Assembly: GCA_951406725.2 (NCBI GenBank)
Contig: OX597827.1
Location: 7,006,001-7,070,000 of the forward strand
Reading direction: 5' to 3'
DNA from: Octopus vulgaris
Lineage: Eukaryota
Length of the DNA: 64,000 bases
The position numbers and the translations under genes are program-made. The notes beneath the pieces are model-generated. The model was given only the letters and a program-made list of their open reading frames with translations, ran no database searches and was not told the origin of the DNA. Shown in pieces: positions 10,916-24,470 of this stretch (its first letter is position 1; each line of letters opens with the position of its first letter).

Positions 10916-12640
10916 AAACAAATTTTTTTTTTTTACTCTGCAAAGAGATAGACTTTTCATAACTTAGCACTAGACATGTAAACTTCAAGAGAAGAGTGGA
11001 AAATCATGTCTAAAAAGTTATTTTCTTTAAGTTGAATTAGCCCTTGAAAGAAGAAAATCAGGTATTTCAGTTGTGGGTTTGTACCATAGAAGCTGAAAGT
11101 GTTTGACTGTCAGTGTCTCCAAGTTTGAAAGAAGGAAGGAAGAATATTACATCCAAGCCAGAGACCTGAATTAAAAGCCCCTAACAGAGAATATATCACT
11201 GAAGACACACAAGCATCCGATGGCGATGTTATATAGACAGAAAAAGTTTTTGTAACTTTACTCTGTTACAGCTCATCTCTGGCAATAAAACAATGATTAT
11301 GTATTGCCAGTGATCTTCTCTTGACAGGGCAACCAACAACATTGCTTTTACAAAAGGGACACTCCAACATTTGCCATGGGATTATGGATTTGCCAGAACT
11401 CTCCATGAGATACATTACTATTACAATTACAGAAATATTGAAAGTTGATATTTATGAGAATCCTCAATATTTTATATGGTTCTGTGATCCTATAGAGGAT
11501 CTGCTAGCAACAGAACACAGCAATGAGTTCTACAAGTTTTAATCAGTACATGTCTTGCAAACAACTTGCACATGCAAGTGCTACCAGTCATAAAACTCCA
11601 CATACAGGAAGCCAGCTAGTGTATGGGGTCATCAGGAGAGAATGCGCGCCGTTTCGGGGCCTACCGCTTGACATTATCATGAAAACAGTCTTGTATTAAA
11701 ATCAACCCATACATACTCTACATCCAAAGTAGCTGTTCAAACTGCTAGAAATAAGGGATAAATCATCCTCAAATCACATTCTACCCTTTTGGAAATGGAT
11801 TCATTGAGTAAGGTAGAACCGACCTTTCATAGCATTGGAATCAGGCAAAATGATCATAGTCGGAAGGCTTACTTGATGAGCGGTGACCTGGGTCTAAACA
11901 ACAGCAACAAGACTAACACCTGAATTTCTTCCACAAATGAGTGAGTCCTAGGAGTCAATTTATCTGTTATGAGTAGTTGACAAATTTTCTTGCCATTAAA
12001 AAAAAGGAACACATTATACAAAGTAGCCTTTGATATTACTAAAAAGATAAGATGACTATGGCTGCAATGACTTTGATCATTGGATCTTTTCAGACAAGTT
12101 GACCAAGGGTTAAACTACAAGTTCAATAACTGCAACAGATAAATAACCTCACAACTGGTGATGAGAAATCAGAATAGCCTCCCTTGATTATTAAAAGTCT
12201 ACTTTTCTACTCTGACCTCAGTTCCTGTATAGATGGAGTATTTTGAAGATAATATCCTACTTAACTTATACACAAAGGAAAAAAATTAATCAAGATATTC
12301 TATTGTAAACCATTTTCTTTGATTACAATAATATCCGATTATTAACCAGTTTGTTGGCTCAGGTAACAATATATATAAAAAAGAATGATAGTAAAAAATA
12401 TTGATGGTTTAAAGATGTTAAATATTTGAAAAAATAACAGAACTTATTTAAAAAGTATTTTGTAGTGCTGGTATTTATATATACTATAGTATGTGACAAT
12501 TTAATTGTCTATTAAAGTGAGAGAATAGTATTCAAGTTAACACATTGTCTGTTATTCAGAAAGTTATTTTTATCAACATAAATAACAGAGAGATTACCAA
12601 ATGACTAAAATACAGATAAAAAGTTTTAATAAGTACTTAC

Positions 12641-12895
12641 CAACAGTTGTTATATATTTTTAAAGTTGTTACTGTACTGTTTAAAAGTTCTGGCATCAAA
12701 AAGTTGTAGTAGTAGCAGGAATTCTGAGCAGTTTGACATGTAATAGTGCTATGTAGTTCTATGAAGTGGGCTGTGTAGTATGTAATGTGTGCTGTAGCCA
12801 ATGACAAGCTGTCTTTTATTCCAGTGCAAGGAAACGGAAGTACAGCTTCCAGTTCTTGCAGTTAATAATGGGCTGACTCACAGACTAGTTTACTT
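12641..12895 (-). promoter_or_regulatory. Gene B non-coding 5' exon and conserved promoter-like cassette
   Basis: Donor CTGTTG|GTAAGT at 12641; CCAAT at 12798, ACGGAAGT and TGACTCA. Splicing to 9558 creates an in-frame TGA upstream of the ATG, so the exon is UTR. Confidence 0.75.
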
Positions 12896-13767
12896 AAGCC
12901 CACACACATACATATACATATCTATGTGTTACAGAATGAATAAGGTAGAATATATAATGTCTAGAATACTGAGGCAAAGCAATAAACTTATGAAAATATG
13001 ATTAAATATTTAGTTTTCCAAGATTTTTTAAAAAAATCTTTATATTATAAATTTGGTAAAAGTTGGAAAAGTTTCCAACATCAAAAGTTTAAAATTTTCA
13101 ATAACTTTTGCAAACCCACCATTATTTAGTAAAATTTTGGCAAAATTTATTAAAAAATACCCTTAAATGCTTTTCAATATATTTAACTCTTAATACTAAT
13201 TTCAAAATACGAAATTATGGCTTTGAATTATAGGCTCAACAATAATCAACATATGAAATGACTTTCTACACCTAAATGAATTTAGATTTAGAAGCTTAAA
13301 ATACTTATTTCAAAACAATAAGACTATATATATTTGTATTATTTGTATGCTGTCTGTTACTATATATATAGTCCAGCTAACTGGACTAATAAAGAATATT
13401 TTCTGATTATTGGAGGGTTTTTTTTTTTAACAATTATCAACTAATCAACAACTGATTTAATTATTTGTTACATTTCGATAATTACTTTTTTCCTTACACT
13501 ACATTAAAATATAGCAGCAAAGGTTTGTAGAAGTTTGAGGATCTTAGTGGACTTCAAAAACATTTTCTTATTTAGAATGACAGACTTTGATATTTTCCTT
13601 CTTACAAAGAATTAAATTTATCATAGCTATTGCATATGACTGAAGAAAATGTAGCCATACAAAAACAATATATAAATATATATATATAACATTAATTACT
13701 ATTTTACTAGTAAGATTTAATGAAATTTTATATCAATAGTTTTATGTGCATATTTGTGCATTGTTAG

Positions 13768-14069
13768 TTAATGTTCGATATTTGTTGGAGGCGCCTGATG
13801 TATCGAAGGTACTTTTGGTAGTGTTGTCACCTTAGGTACAGATGGTAGAGGTGGTATACAGATTGCCATTGCTACTGAAGGTGGTTGTTCAATTATGTTA
13901 GATGTGGTACCTGTTATAGTCAAAGGTATTTGGTCAGGGCAACAGGAAGTGTTCACGTCAACATTAGGTTCAGAGTTACATCCATTGTTATCTCCCCTTG
14001 ATCTGTTCAGTGTGTGTGGTAATTGGTTTCTTGTATTCCATGTGCGATCACTTTGGTAGCGACACAGAT
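13768..14069 (-). CDS. Orphan module C, last cytoplasmic exon (open, splice site intact)
   Basis: AG at 14070-14071. (D)LCRYQSDRTWNTRNQLPHTLNRSRGDNN...PPLPSVPKVTTLPKVPSIHQAPPTNIEH*. Confidence 0.7.
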
Positions 14070-15110
14070 CTGTAGAAATAGGGATTGAAGATTGACATCT
14101 CACTCAGAATTATAATAAAAATGTCAGTAAGTTCTGTAGTCTCTTGGTTACAACAAATATATATGGAAACATTTATTTTGAGTGATTTTAAGATATCTTT
14201 GGTACAAAATTTATTGAAAGAAATTCCTAAATTAAATTCATTTTTTTACAGTATTCTTTTATTTGATGATATATATATGTTTAAGTTCCTTGATTAAAAA
14301 ATATCAATATAATATCTAACCAGTGTAAAATAGAAACATGTTTGAGAAGTTTGCTTCGTATCCATTTATTTCCTACTCATAGAAATTGTTCAGCTAAATT
14401 TGATGATCTTTTATGTCATCTTTTTTTCAAGGAGCAGTTTGATGCATTGGGGAACAGTCGATGGCATTAGAGAGCATTGAAGGCGGCGAGCAGGCAGAAA
14501 CATTACCGCGCCATGCGAAATGCTTAACGGTATTTCGTCTGTCGTTACGTTGTGAAGCTGCTGGAGACTTTGGTCAAGCTTTGGGTGGTGTTGCTGCTTG
14601 GAGGCCACATATGTGTGAAAGCAGGACTCAGTACCTTGCCATATCTCCAGGAAGAATCAGAAGTGGTTGTAGAAGAAATTCTGTGATTTCATCAGCTCCG
14701 ATTTCTGTCTCCCACCCAATTACACATATTGTAATCTTATTGGCACTATGAGTGGGGCAAGGCCAAAAATGGTATCAACTACTTTTCTTGCAACACCAAG
14801 GCCAATCTGGTGACCAAGATCAAGGAGGTGTTTCAAGATCTACTCGGTGACACAGTGAGGAACACATTTGCCAGGTTCTGGAGTTGTCTTGAAGCCATGG
14901 TGGAAGCCAAGGAAATAGTTGGCATTGCAACGAGTATCCAACCATAGAAACCAAGCCAAAAAGGAAACTAATGAGCGAACACACCAAACTGACTGAGGTA
15001 ACCTCTCCAACCCATGCCAGCATGGAAAGTGGATGTAAAAAACCATGATGGTGAGGATTTACATAAATTATGATCTGCCACTGCAGAGATATTAGGCATA
15101 TTTAACTGAC

Positions 15111-15261
15111 CTGATAGTTCTTCATAGTGTCCAGCATTGCTGACACTCCATCCATGACCACAGTCCGTGGTAGATGACAATGTTGACATCCCACTGAAGG
15201 GGTTAGTGCTGTTTAGTTCTTTATAATTTGGTGACATACTTTCTTCTCTTGGAACAAATAT
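15111..15261 (-). CDS. Orphan module C, 151-nt cytoplasmic exon (open, splice sites intact)
   Basis: AG at 15262-15263, GTCAGT donor. IFVPREESMSPNYKELNSTNPFSGMSTLSSTTDCGHGWSVSNAGHYEELS. Confidence 0.7.
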
Positions 15262-15729
15262 CTATAAAAAAACAAAAAAACAAATGAGAAATAGAAAAAT
15301 ATTCTGAAGAATTGCAATAGATAAATGGTAATAGGTGATTCAATGAATAAACCAAAACCTATAACTTCCACATTAAGTTCCCTTAAAGAATAATTAAATT
15401 TCGTCACAACAGCAAAGGTTGAAATATTAATTAACGTATGTTATAGGATTCAAAGAATAAAAATGAAGTTATTCAATATTAAAAGAATTTTGAAAGAATA
15501 TAGCTATTTATGCTTTTATTGATTCTAAATGTCTGATGCAATATTTGAAATAAAATATATCAAAGAATTTTACTTTTTACAAGCTCTGATAAATTTTTAG
15601 TCTTTATGAAATAATTTCAATGTAGAATAAACATTTTGTTCACCCCATCTCAAATTTTGAAAAAAACCCCAGGCAAATAGGACAGTTTAATTAGAAAAAC
15701 AACTCTGAATAGATTATTAAAAATCCCAC

Positions 15730-16165
15730 CTGTTGATGATCTCTTAGGCTCAGATCTACCCATTGGTCAGATACACTTCTGCAGTGAATATCTTCTCTGT
15801 CTACCATTAGTTGCTGAGATTTCTTAAGATTTTTTTTTCCACTGTGTACTGAACCCCAGGAGGAACACAGGTAGGGTCAAATATATATTTTGATTGGCTG
15901 TTTAATGCAGGTGTAACCTTGTGGTACATATCAACAATGTTGTTATAGTTGTTGTCTGTCTGCTTCAGTCTATGAACTATACAGATCGATATAGAGATCA
16001 CTATAACAACTGATACAATCACAGCTGCTATAACAATAACAATCATCACATTCAATTGGAGACCATTACTTGATTCTGTTGTTGTCTTTGAAGGGGTCTT
16101 AAATATATTTGATGTGTTCTTACTAACTGTTAGAATCAAAGACTAAATTATTGTTGATGACAGAA
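15730..16165 (-). pseudogene. Orphan module C, truncated remnant of the ectodomain exon (end of EC6, TM, juxtamembrane)
   Basis: Homology to paralogs stops at ~16165. TTG>TAG near 16143-16145, +2 frameshift in the T run at ~15830-15838, donor GTGGGA at 15730. No EC1-EC5 or promoter block found before D's last exon. Confidence 0.85.
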
Positions 16166-16629
16166 AATTAAATCATATATTTTAATTCTTTATTTGCTTC
16201 ACATTCTAAAGATTAGGAAGTATTTAATTTATAACAAAGTAAGAAGAATTCTTTATGCTTCAATGCTTTAATGGAAACTAATCTAATATAAATCCTTAAA
16301 TATTACTATCAAGATAATGTCTATCATCACATTTCTACAAATAGACTAAAATTTTCTTCTTCAGGCTATTTGATGAGCCAGCATATTTTCTGTCTGAAAA
16401 TCTCTGTAAATCTTTAATGACTAATTAAAAAATAGTCAGTGTATTCATTAAAGTCCATTTCTTATATTTTTGTGTGAATTTCTGCCCAGAGTAATGTCAA
16501 TATATTTGATGTTATAGTGATTGCAATTTGCTCATTGCAGCCCCTGGCCTTCTTCAGGAACCTAGCATATTCAATGTCATCTCCAGAATTTCAAACTCAA
16601 GCCTTTAGTAAATCCATGCATTTTTTAAA

Positions 16630-16946
16630 AATTTATTTATGTGCCCTTTTCAAGCCTAGCCAGGCTCATGGGCCCGGTTTCCCGGTTTCTGTTGTGTATG
16701 TGTTCCCCCCCAGCTAGATGGGACACCAGTCCATCGCAGCGTTACTCAAGAAACAGGAAGAGAGAGTGAGAGAAAGTTGGGGCAAAAGAGTACAACAGGG
16801 GTCGCCACCACCCCCTGCCGGAGCCTTGGGGAGCTTTTAGGTGTTTTCGCTCAATAAACACACACAACGCCCGGTCTAGGAATCGAAATCGCAATCCTCC
16901 GACTGCGATTCTGCTGCCCTAACCACTGGGCCATTGCGCCTCCACA
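16630..16946 (-). mobile_element. tRNA-derived SINE (family 2)
   Basis: Minus-strand head TGTGGAGGCGCAATGGCCCAGTGGTTAGG...TTCGATTCC (Pol III A/B box-like). Head shared with 20300-20617; tail shared with 36542-36800. Confidence 0.75.
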
Positions 16947-17077
16947 AATCCATAGAATACATCAAATACAAAATATTCCTGGAGTGGACAACAAAATAAA
17001 AAAAAATGAATCTAAGCCTATATACCTTCCTGAATATGACAGACATGTGATGAATACTGGATGATATGATAGCTGAA

Positions 17078-17432
17078 ACATTCAACCATCTTACAAACAA
17101 TAACTCTGAGCACCTTTTCAAACTCCACCTGTCTAACACCAGTGGACATATTTACAAAGTTAGAAAACAGCACAGCTCCAATGACTTTAGGAAACATTTT
17201 TTCACGCTGAGAGTTGCTGAAGCATGGAACAAACTGCCGGCATCAGTTGTTAGTTGTCGGAGCACTGCATCCTTCAAAACTTCCATGCTTTCTGAGATTC
17301 GCCAACACTACACCTGACTCATACATTTTTCGCTTTCCAGACATTTTTACATTACTGCATGTACTTTATATGCACTTTCTGACAAGTTGCGGTGCACCTG
17401 AGCACTGTATACAATAATTTCATTATTATTAT
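17078..17432 (+). mobile_element. CR1/L2-type LINE 3' fragment
   Basis: ORF2 C-terminus-like TSGHIYKVRKQHS...RKHFFTLRVAEAWNKLP followed by 3' UTR and (ATT)n tail; four copies in the window. Confidence 0.8.
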
Positions 17433-17675
17433 TATATATATAACAACCAAAAGAATACTAGGTGAAATATATCAGTGTATTTCAAGAGTATGGGAAGGAG
17501 ATTACCAAAATAAGTGAATTATGTAGTTGTATGTGATATATATTGACCACTAACATGTCAATCCAAAAAAAAAAAAGAATCCTTGTATTATAAAATATGT
17601 TTAGAGGAATATTCTATTGATATTTGTATTATTTTCATTATGTAAGTTGTGAAGACAACTTATAAGATGCTTATA

Positions 17676-18010
17676 TTAATACAGTGTTTCCGTAGAGTTA
17701 CTGTGCATATTTTTTACTATGGAAACTGAAGGTACCTGAGGTATTGAAGGTACTTTTGGTTGTGCTGTTGCTTTAGGTACAGCTGGTAGTGCTGGTTTAC
17801 TGTTCGAAGTAAAGTGACTTGTCATTAGTACAGTAGATGGTTGTTCAGTTATCTTAGATGTATTATCAAATATAGTCAAAGGTATTTGGTTATCAGTGGT
17901 ATTGTCACCATTAGGTTGATATCCATTATTATCTCTCTTTGAACCACTGGGCGTGCATGGAAGTGGATTTCTCCTGTTCCACGTATGGTCACTTTGATAA
18001 CAGTACAGAC
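17676..18010 (-). CDS. Protocadherin D, last exon
   Basis: AG at 18011-18012. (G)LYCYQSDHTWNRRNPLP...QIPLTIFDNTSK... continues in frame into ORF 17676-17879. Confidence 0.85.
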
Positions 18011-19209
18011 CTGGAAGTAGATCGATTTTTAAAAAGTTATTAAAAACGAATTTGATAAAAATTACACTGAAGCTATTTTTTCTAAATTAGTTTTCCATTT
18101 ATTAAAAAATTTACTTAATTCCTGTTAAAACTATGGCTGCATATTCTATGATACTTAGAACACTGACAGTCTTTAGTATGCACAGAAATTAAATATCTAA
18201 AGACAAATGATGATTTCATAAATAAAATATCATATGGAAAATAAATTACTAGAATTAATACTATTTATATATTTAGTAGACTGATTGTGTAAACCTCTTG
18301 ACTTTTTAGTGTCTAACTATTTCAAAATTTATCAGTCGTGGTCAAAATGCTTCTCATAAGATACATGTAAAAATTAACACTTCCTTTCTCCAAGCTTAGA
18401 TTCGAAACCAAATCTGAGGAATCTCACTTGTCTGAACCACCACTGACCAAACAAGCATGAAAGAAATTTTCTTCATCTTGTCAAAAAAAAAATATTGATC
18501 ATCTCCCTTCGACCTCAGCCATGTCAGGTGAAGATCAAATGGACAGGAGCTGACCTATTTAAGCACAATGTATATCTGTCCTTCTAGCTGCCACGATATG
18601 TTATAAATACCTTGGTCAGTAAAAGGACAGATAGAAAAGATCTGGGACTCAGAGTGCATAAGATAGCTGACCAGTATTTTCTCTGATGAACAATGCACAC
18701 ACAGACAGTATTCACTTTTTACCCTAGCATATCCACAGATGTACATTGTCGAATTCCTCGCTGGCTCATTGCAGTTGGCAACAAACTGATGTAGTGAAAA
18801 CTTATGCATTACACCAGCAAATGCAAGTCCCACAAATAAATCATTTAAACTATAAAAAGATGTTGTTCCTTTGTTCACTTTGAAGGCATCCACATGCCTA
18901 TCACATCTGTTTACCTCAACACATTCTGATACACACCTTAACCACTACATACATGCTGCCCAAAAAGTAATTATGAGTGACTCAAGAATGTTTTAAACAT
19001 TCTACCTGCTGGGTTTTGAGAACTACAAAAATGATGACAAAATAAATGCATTTAATGAGATGAAATCAATCAGTATTCAGTGAGTTCACCTGTGGCTGTA
19101 TATATGTATTCTTACTTAATATATCTTTTAAAATGTATGTATATTGTGGGTCTTGAACTTAAGAAAATATCTTTTGGCTCTTATGAAGAGCAGCAAAAAG
19201 AACTTAGCC

Positions 19210-19860
19210 ATCACTAGTATTACGTAACATAGAATCGAACTGCGGCTTTATATAGCTATGGTACGACCTCACCTGGAATTTGCATCGCCGGTCTGGAACC
19301 CCTATCTTGCACAGGATATTAATCATCTGGAAGCCATTCAGTGACGTGCAGCCAAGAGAATACCCTCCATCAGGCATCTGCCATATTCTGAACGCCTTAC
19401 TATCCTGGGCATGGACACATTGAGACTCCAATGTCTGGCAGCTGACTTGGCAGACACCCATAAAATTATTAACCATCTTACAAACAATAACTCTGAGCAC
19501 CTTTTCAAACACCACCTGTCTAACACCCATGGACATGTTTACAAAGTCAGAAAATAGCTCAGCTACCATGACTTTAGGAAACATTTTTTCACGCTAAGAG
19601 TTGCTGAAGCATGGAACAAACTGCCAGCATCAGTTGTTAGTTGTCGGAGCACTGCATCCTTCAAAACTTCCATGCTTTCTGAGATTCGCCAACACTACAC
19701 CTGATTTTCTCCCCTCCATACATATGCAAGCATGTATCTGACTCATACACTGTTCACTTCCTAGGCATTTGTACATTACTGCATATACTTTATACACACT
19801 ATCTGACAAGTTGTGGTGCACCTGAGCACTGTATACAATAATTTCATTATTATTATTATT
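19210..19860 (+). mobile_element. CR1/L2-type LINE 3' fragment (longest copy)
   Basis: Degenerate LYIAMVRPHLEFASPVWNPYLAQDINHLEAIQ*RAAKRIP...RVAEAWNKLP and (ATT)n tail. Confidence 0.85.
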
Positions 19861-19888
19861 GAAGAGAGAGACAGTATTTTTAACTAAC

Positions 19889-20039
19889 CTGGCAGTTCCT
19901 CATAGTGATCAGCACTACCAACAACCCAGTCATGCCCACTATCAGTATGAGTGGACATTGCTGATATCTCATTGAATTCGTTAGGTCTGTTTAGCTCTTG
20001 GTAACCAGGAGATGAACTTTCTTCTCTTGGGAGAAATAC
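19889..20039 (-). CDS. Protocadherin D, 151-nt cytoplasmic exon
   Basis: AG at 20040-20041, GTTAGT donor. VFLPREESSSPGYQELNRPNEFNEISAMSTHTDSGHDWVVGSADHYEELP (manual translation). Confidence 0.9.
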
Positions 20040-20299
20040 CTAAAGTTTGAGACGTTATAATGAAGAGAAAATTTGAAGAAAGAAAAAAAAAAACAAATAC
20101 ACAGTTCAAGAGTAAAGCCAAAACCTGCAGCTGACATATATTACTAAGTTCCATAAAAGTATTTTCAGCCAACAAACATTAAATTAAACAAAATACATCA
20201 CTGTATGTGATGCTTATAAAGTACAGATAGAAATAAGAAAAAAACTACAGATGATGGTATTTGATAATTTAAGAATTTTGTAAGACTATATGGATTTAT

Positions 20300-20617
20300 A
20301 CGAGATATATCACGTGATCACGTGACCGACCAGACCATCAGATGTTGTTACACATCGCTGGTCACAATGCGTTCGCATTGTTTTAGCCTTCGAATGATGC
20401 CACTCCGCTGGCTAAGCGAGCAGGCCAACAGAAGAAAGAGTGGGAGAAAGAGTGGTGAAAGAGTACAGCAGGGATCACCACCCCCCTGCCGGAGCCTCGT
20501 GGAGCTTTTAGGTGTTTTCGCTCAATAAACACACACAATGCCCGGTCTGGGAATCGAAACCGCGATCCTGGGACCGCGAGTCCGCTGCCCTAACCACTAG
20601 GCCATTGCGCCTCCACA
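20300..20617 (-). mobile_element. tRNA-derived SINE (family 2 head, different body)
   Basis: Shares its head with 16750-16946. Confidence 0.75.
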
Positions 20618-20858
20618 AGATATATACATCAATGAAACAGTGAACAATAAAGTATAAAAAATTTAAAACCAATCATTTCAATCAATACACAAATCAATGA
20701 CTAATGCAACAGAATGATCAGGGCTTGTCAAATATCTCATCTTCAAGGAAGAGTTTATCTTCAAGTCATTTATACTGACTCACATTTTGGAAAAATTCTG
20801 ATATAGGACATCTTTTTTTTTTTAAAGTAATTCTAAAAATATAACTGAAAAATCTCAC

Positions 20859-23255
20859 CTGATGATGTTTTACTGAAGCTGGTTCAACCCGTCTGTCATT
20901 TGTCATAGTCCAGCAGTGAATATCTTCTCTGTCTACCATTGGTTGTTGAGATTTCTTCACATTTCTCTCCAATGTGTACTGAACTCCAGGAGGAACACAA
21001 GCAGGATAAAACATATATCTTGATTGCATATTTAATGCTGGTATAACACCATGGTACATATCAACACTACTATTATAGTTTCTATTTGTCTGCTTCAGTC
21101 TATGAACTATACAGATCGATATAGAGATCACTACGACAACTGATACGATCACAGCTGCTACAACAATAACAATCATCACATTCAATTGGAGACCATTACT
21201 TGATTCTGTTGTTGTCTTTGAAGGGGTCTTAAATATCTTTGATGTGTTCTTACTAACTGTGAGAGTCAAAGACAAAGTTGTTGTCGATGACAGAACTGGA
21301 CTGCCACTGTCTTTCACACCTAATTCCAGTTCATAGAATCCAGCATCATTTTGGTAAAGTGAGCGAGAGAAAGATAAGACACCAGAGTGATGGTTCATTT
21401 GAAATAAGTGTTTCTCATTACCTCTGAGTATTTCATATGTGAGGAAGGCATTGTGTTGACTGTCTCTGTCAGAGGCCCTAACAACTGTGATATCATGGTC
21501 AGAGTGGGGATGGTAGTGGACATTAAGACTGAAAGGGTCAACATTAGGGAAACTGAAATAGGGAGCATTATCATTTAAATCCATAACCTCAACAACAACA
21601 TTTGCTCTCTTCTCCAGTGATGGTGTTCCTTTATCTTTTACTAAAACCTTAAACTCATACAGGTTCTTTTCTTCTCTGTCTAGGGACTCAGTTGTGGAAA
21701 TGAATCCCACATCAGATATCTGAAATGGTAGAATATCTTTTCCATTAGATAATAGAGAATAGGTTAATTGTCCTCCATCTCCAATATCTGGGTCTGTGGC
21801 ATTGACATATCCAACAGGGAAGTCTTTGTGTTCATTTTCATAGGTGAGAAACTTAAATATGTCCTGACTAAACTGAGGTTGTACATCATTTATGTCAGTG
21901 ACCAGCACAGAAAACTGTTTCTCTACTTTCAATGGAGGTGAACCATTATCTTGACATTTAATGGTGAAATTAAAGCTTTTTTCTCTTTCTCTATCTATTT
22001 CACTCTTGACAACAACTTTGTATTTCTTTTCAGACATTGAGATAAGCTGAAGATATCTATTTTGTAAATGACATTTCACTTGTCCATTTACTCCACCGTC
22101 ATTGTCAGTAACTTTGACAAAAGCAACAAAACTGCCAATATTAGATGCTTCTGAGATGACAGCTGTGTTTCCAGTTGACTTTAAGACAAATGTGACATCA
22201 ATTTTGGGAGGATTGTTAAGATGACTGACACCATTTATAAAAACTGTGACTGTTGATGACATAGGTGGTTTACCATTATCTCTGGCATCAATAAATATCT
22301 CGTAAATCTCACCAAAATTAAATTCTTTCTTCAAAAATAGCTCCCCTGTTGCCTCCTCTAATTTAAAGCTTTCTTTTATCCTTTTAGGTGTTTTAGCATT
22401 ATTAAAGACATAAGAAATTCTTCCATTTTCCCCTTTATCTAAGTCTGATGCAGAGACCTTAACAAGAGGCTTGCTTCTCTGGTATGTATCATTTATAGTG
22501 ACATTGTAAATATTCTGGGAGAAAACAGGGAAATTATCATTTTTATCTCCCACTAATATTTTTATATCCAATACACCTTCCTTTGGTGGTGTTCCTTGAT
22601 CTTTGGCAATTAACTGAATATTGTACATATCTTTTGTCTCACGGTCTAAGGAACCTTCTAAAATTAGTTGCAATAAATCAGTTCCACGTAACTTAGAAAC
22701 AACCAATTGAAAAGGGACATTTTCATTTTCCTTCAGTTGATAATTGAGTTTAGAATTCCGAGAGCTAATATCGTTATCAATCGCATTTGGAATGATTTCT
22801 TTGATTCCTTTTGTCACACTTTCATCAAATGACACTTGAAATTCCTTATTTGGAAACATGGGAGAATTATCATTGACATCTTCTATTATAACTTTGATTT
22901 TTAATATCTTGATAACAGAATGGCCATGTTGAACTGCTACTTCCAAAATCCTGAAGCATTCCACATTAAATTGGCACAATGTTTCTGCATCCAATATGGC
23001 AGCTGTGTACAGCTGTCCTCCAGGTGTAACATTAAATAACTGAACACTTCCATCAGTACTACTCTGGAGTATTTTAAATGTCAGTTTGCTTCTATCATCT
23101 TGAGTCTGTATATCATCTAGTAAGTGCGTATCAGTGACAATATCTCCAATATAATTGTTTATATCATTGTTCTCTTTCACGCGGTAGCTATGATGCACAC
23201 ACCAGCAGCTTTCAGTCATTAACAACACCAACAGTATCACTGATAACATCTTCAT
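20859..23255 (-). CDS. Protocadherin D, ectodomain/TM exon; spliced product ~960 aa
   Basis: ORF 20766-23330; acceptor at 23275-23276, ATG at 23255 (MKMLSV...), donor CAG|GTGAGA at 20859. Confidence 0.95.
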
Positions 23256-23541
23256 TAGTATAGGATTTGCCAATCTGAAAGAAAAGCTAAATTGTATATA
23301 AATCATTCCCTGATAGAAAGTGAAATACAAATATATCTAGTGATTAACAATTCGAGTTGCTAACTCATAATCATCTCAAAACATAATGTACGTAATATCA
23401 AATAGCAATCAGAGATTTGGATATTAACTACTTTATTTGACCAATAATGTGCCTCAAATTCTAGCTTAAACAAATAAAGAACTTGACAGCTGTATTATAC
23501 ATTAGATGTTCATAAGTGTATTATTGCAACATTCACTCTCC

Positions 23542-23945
23542 TCTAGTATATTTTTATATATAAAAGAGAGGTTGTGTGCTGTCTGTCTCCTACGATTTAG
23601 ATTCCTAACTACTCCCACGTTTTGCGGTGCAGTTTAACCAAAACCGGGTATCTTATAGTCGTGATTCATATCGAGCCCTTCTGGGTATTAGCGCGCGTCT
23701 ACGATAAGTCTACGATTTAAAAAAAATTTACCATCATATTTTTCCCATTTTTAATGCATTTTTGGCATATATAAGGGAAGTAACTCTCTAAAAATTTATT
23801 ATTAAATCTCAGAACGTAAAAAGCTACAGTAACACCCACCTTTGTAGTTAGCCATATTGAGATGGCTATTATACTTTACATCTCTAAAAATGCTTATGTA
23901 GTTATTTCCCTTACAAACCCGAGCAACGCCGGGCGATACTGCTAG
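23542..23945 (+). mobile_element. Non-autonomous Helitron-like element
   Basis: 5' TC...TATATAAAAG; 3' hairpin CCCGAGCAACGCCGGG then CTAG|T. Same 3' end reversed at 57705-57750 and degenerate at ~42240-42269. Confidence 0.7.
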
Positions 23946-24470
23946 TCATTTATAATTCGGGAAAGAAACTATAAACACAGAATAACCAATTCTAATTTCA
24001 ATGTCAGTAATTTTGAGGGGAGAAGTCAAGTCAGTTATATCACTCACACTCCTTGACTGGTACTTATTTTATTGACCCTGAAAGGATTAAAGGCAAGGTC
24101 GATCTTGACAGAATTTGAACTCAGAACAAAATGAGTCGGAAGAAATACTGTGAAGCATTTTTTCTGTTGCTCTAACAATTCTCGCATTTTACTACTTTTG
24201 ATATGGCAAAAGAATAAGTTGCAAATTTAAGTGACTTAGGCATTCTTTTTTAATAGCTAAGATTATTAAAATGACTGATAGGAATAGCAGGGATTAGTGA
24301 AATAGTTTCACTGGCACTGCACCAAGAGAATCTCTCTCTTGGAAATGGTATTATCATGGAACAAAATCAGGGAGTGTTAGCAAGATCAGCCAAGTCTGAT
24401 TCCACTAGCTGAACTACTTCCTCTGAAGTATATACATATATATATACTTTATTTAAAAGCAGCAGAAATA

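Noticed and set aside
11625-11705. Possible hammerhead on the minus strand (GAAAC...CTGATGA)
   Set aside because: Could not build consistent stems I-III around the core.
12801-13001. Recurrent short ORFs overlapping the conserved cassette (MTSCLLFQCKE..., and HHLLQELE... on the minus strand)
   Set aside because: Starts, stops and lengths differ between copies and there is no consistent in-frame link to the large exon; better explained as non-coding conservation.
23256-23330. Longer N-termini in the ORF track for D, E, G and B
   Set aside because: They use TTG starts or run upstream through the splice acceptor into intron 1; the first ATG after the acceptor gives a normal signal peptide.
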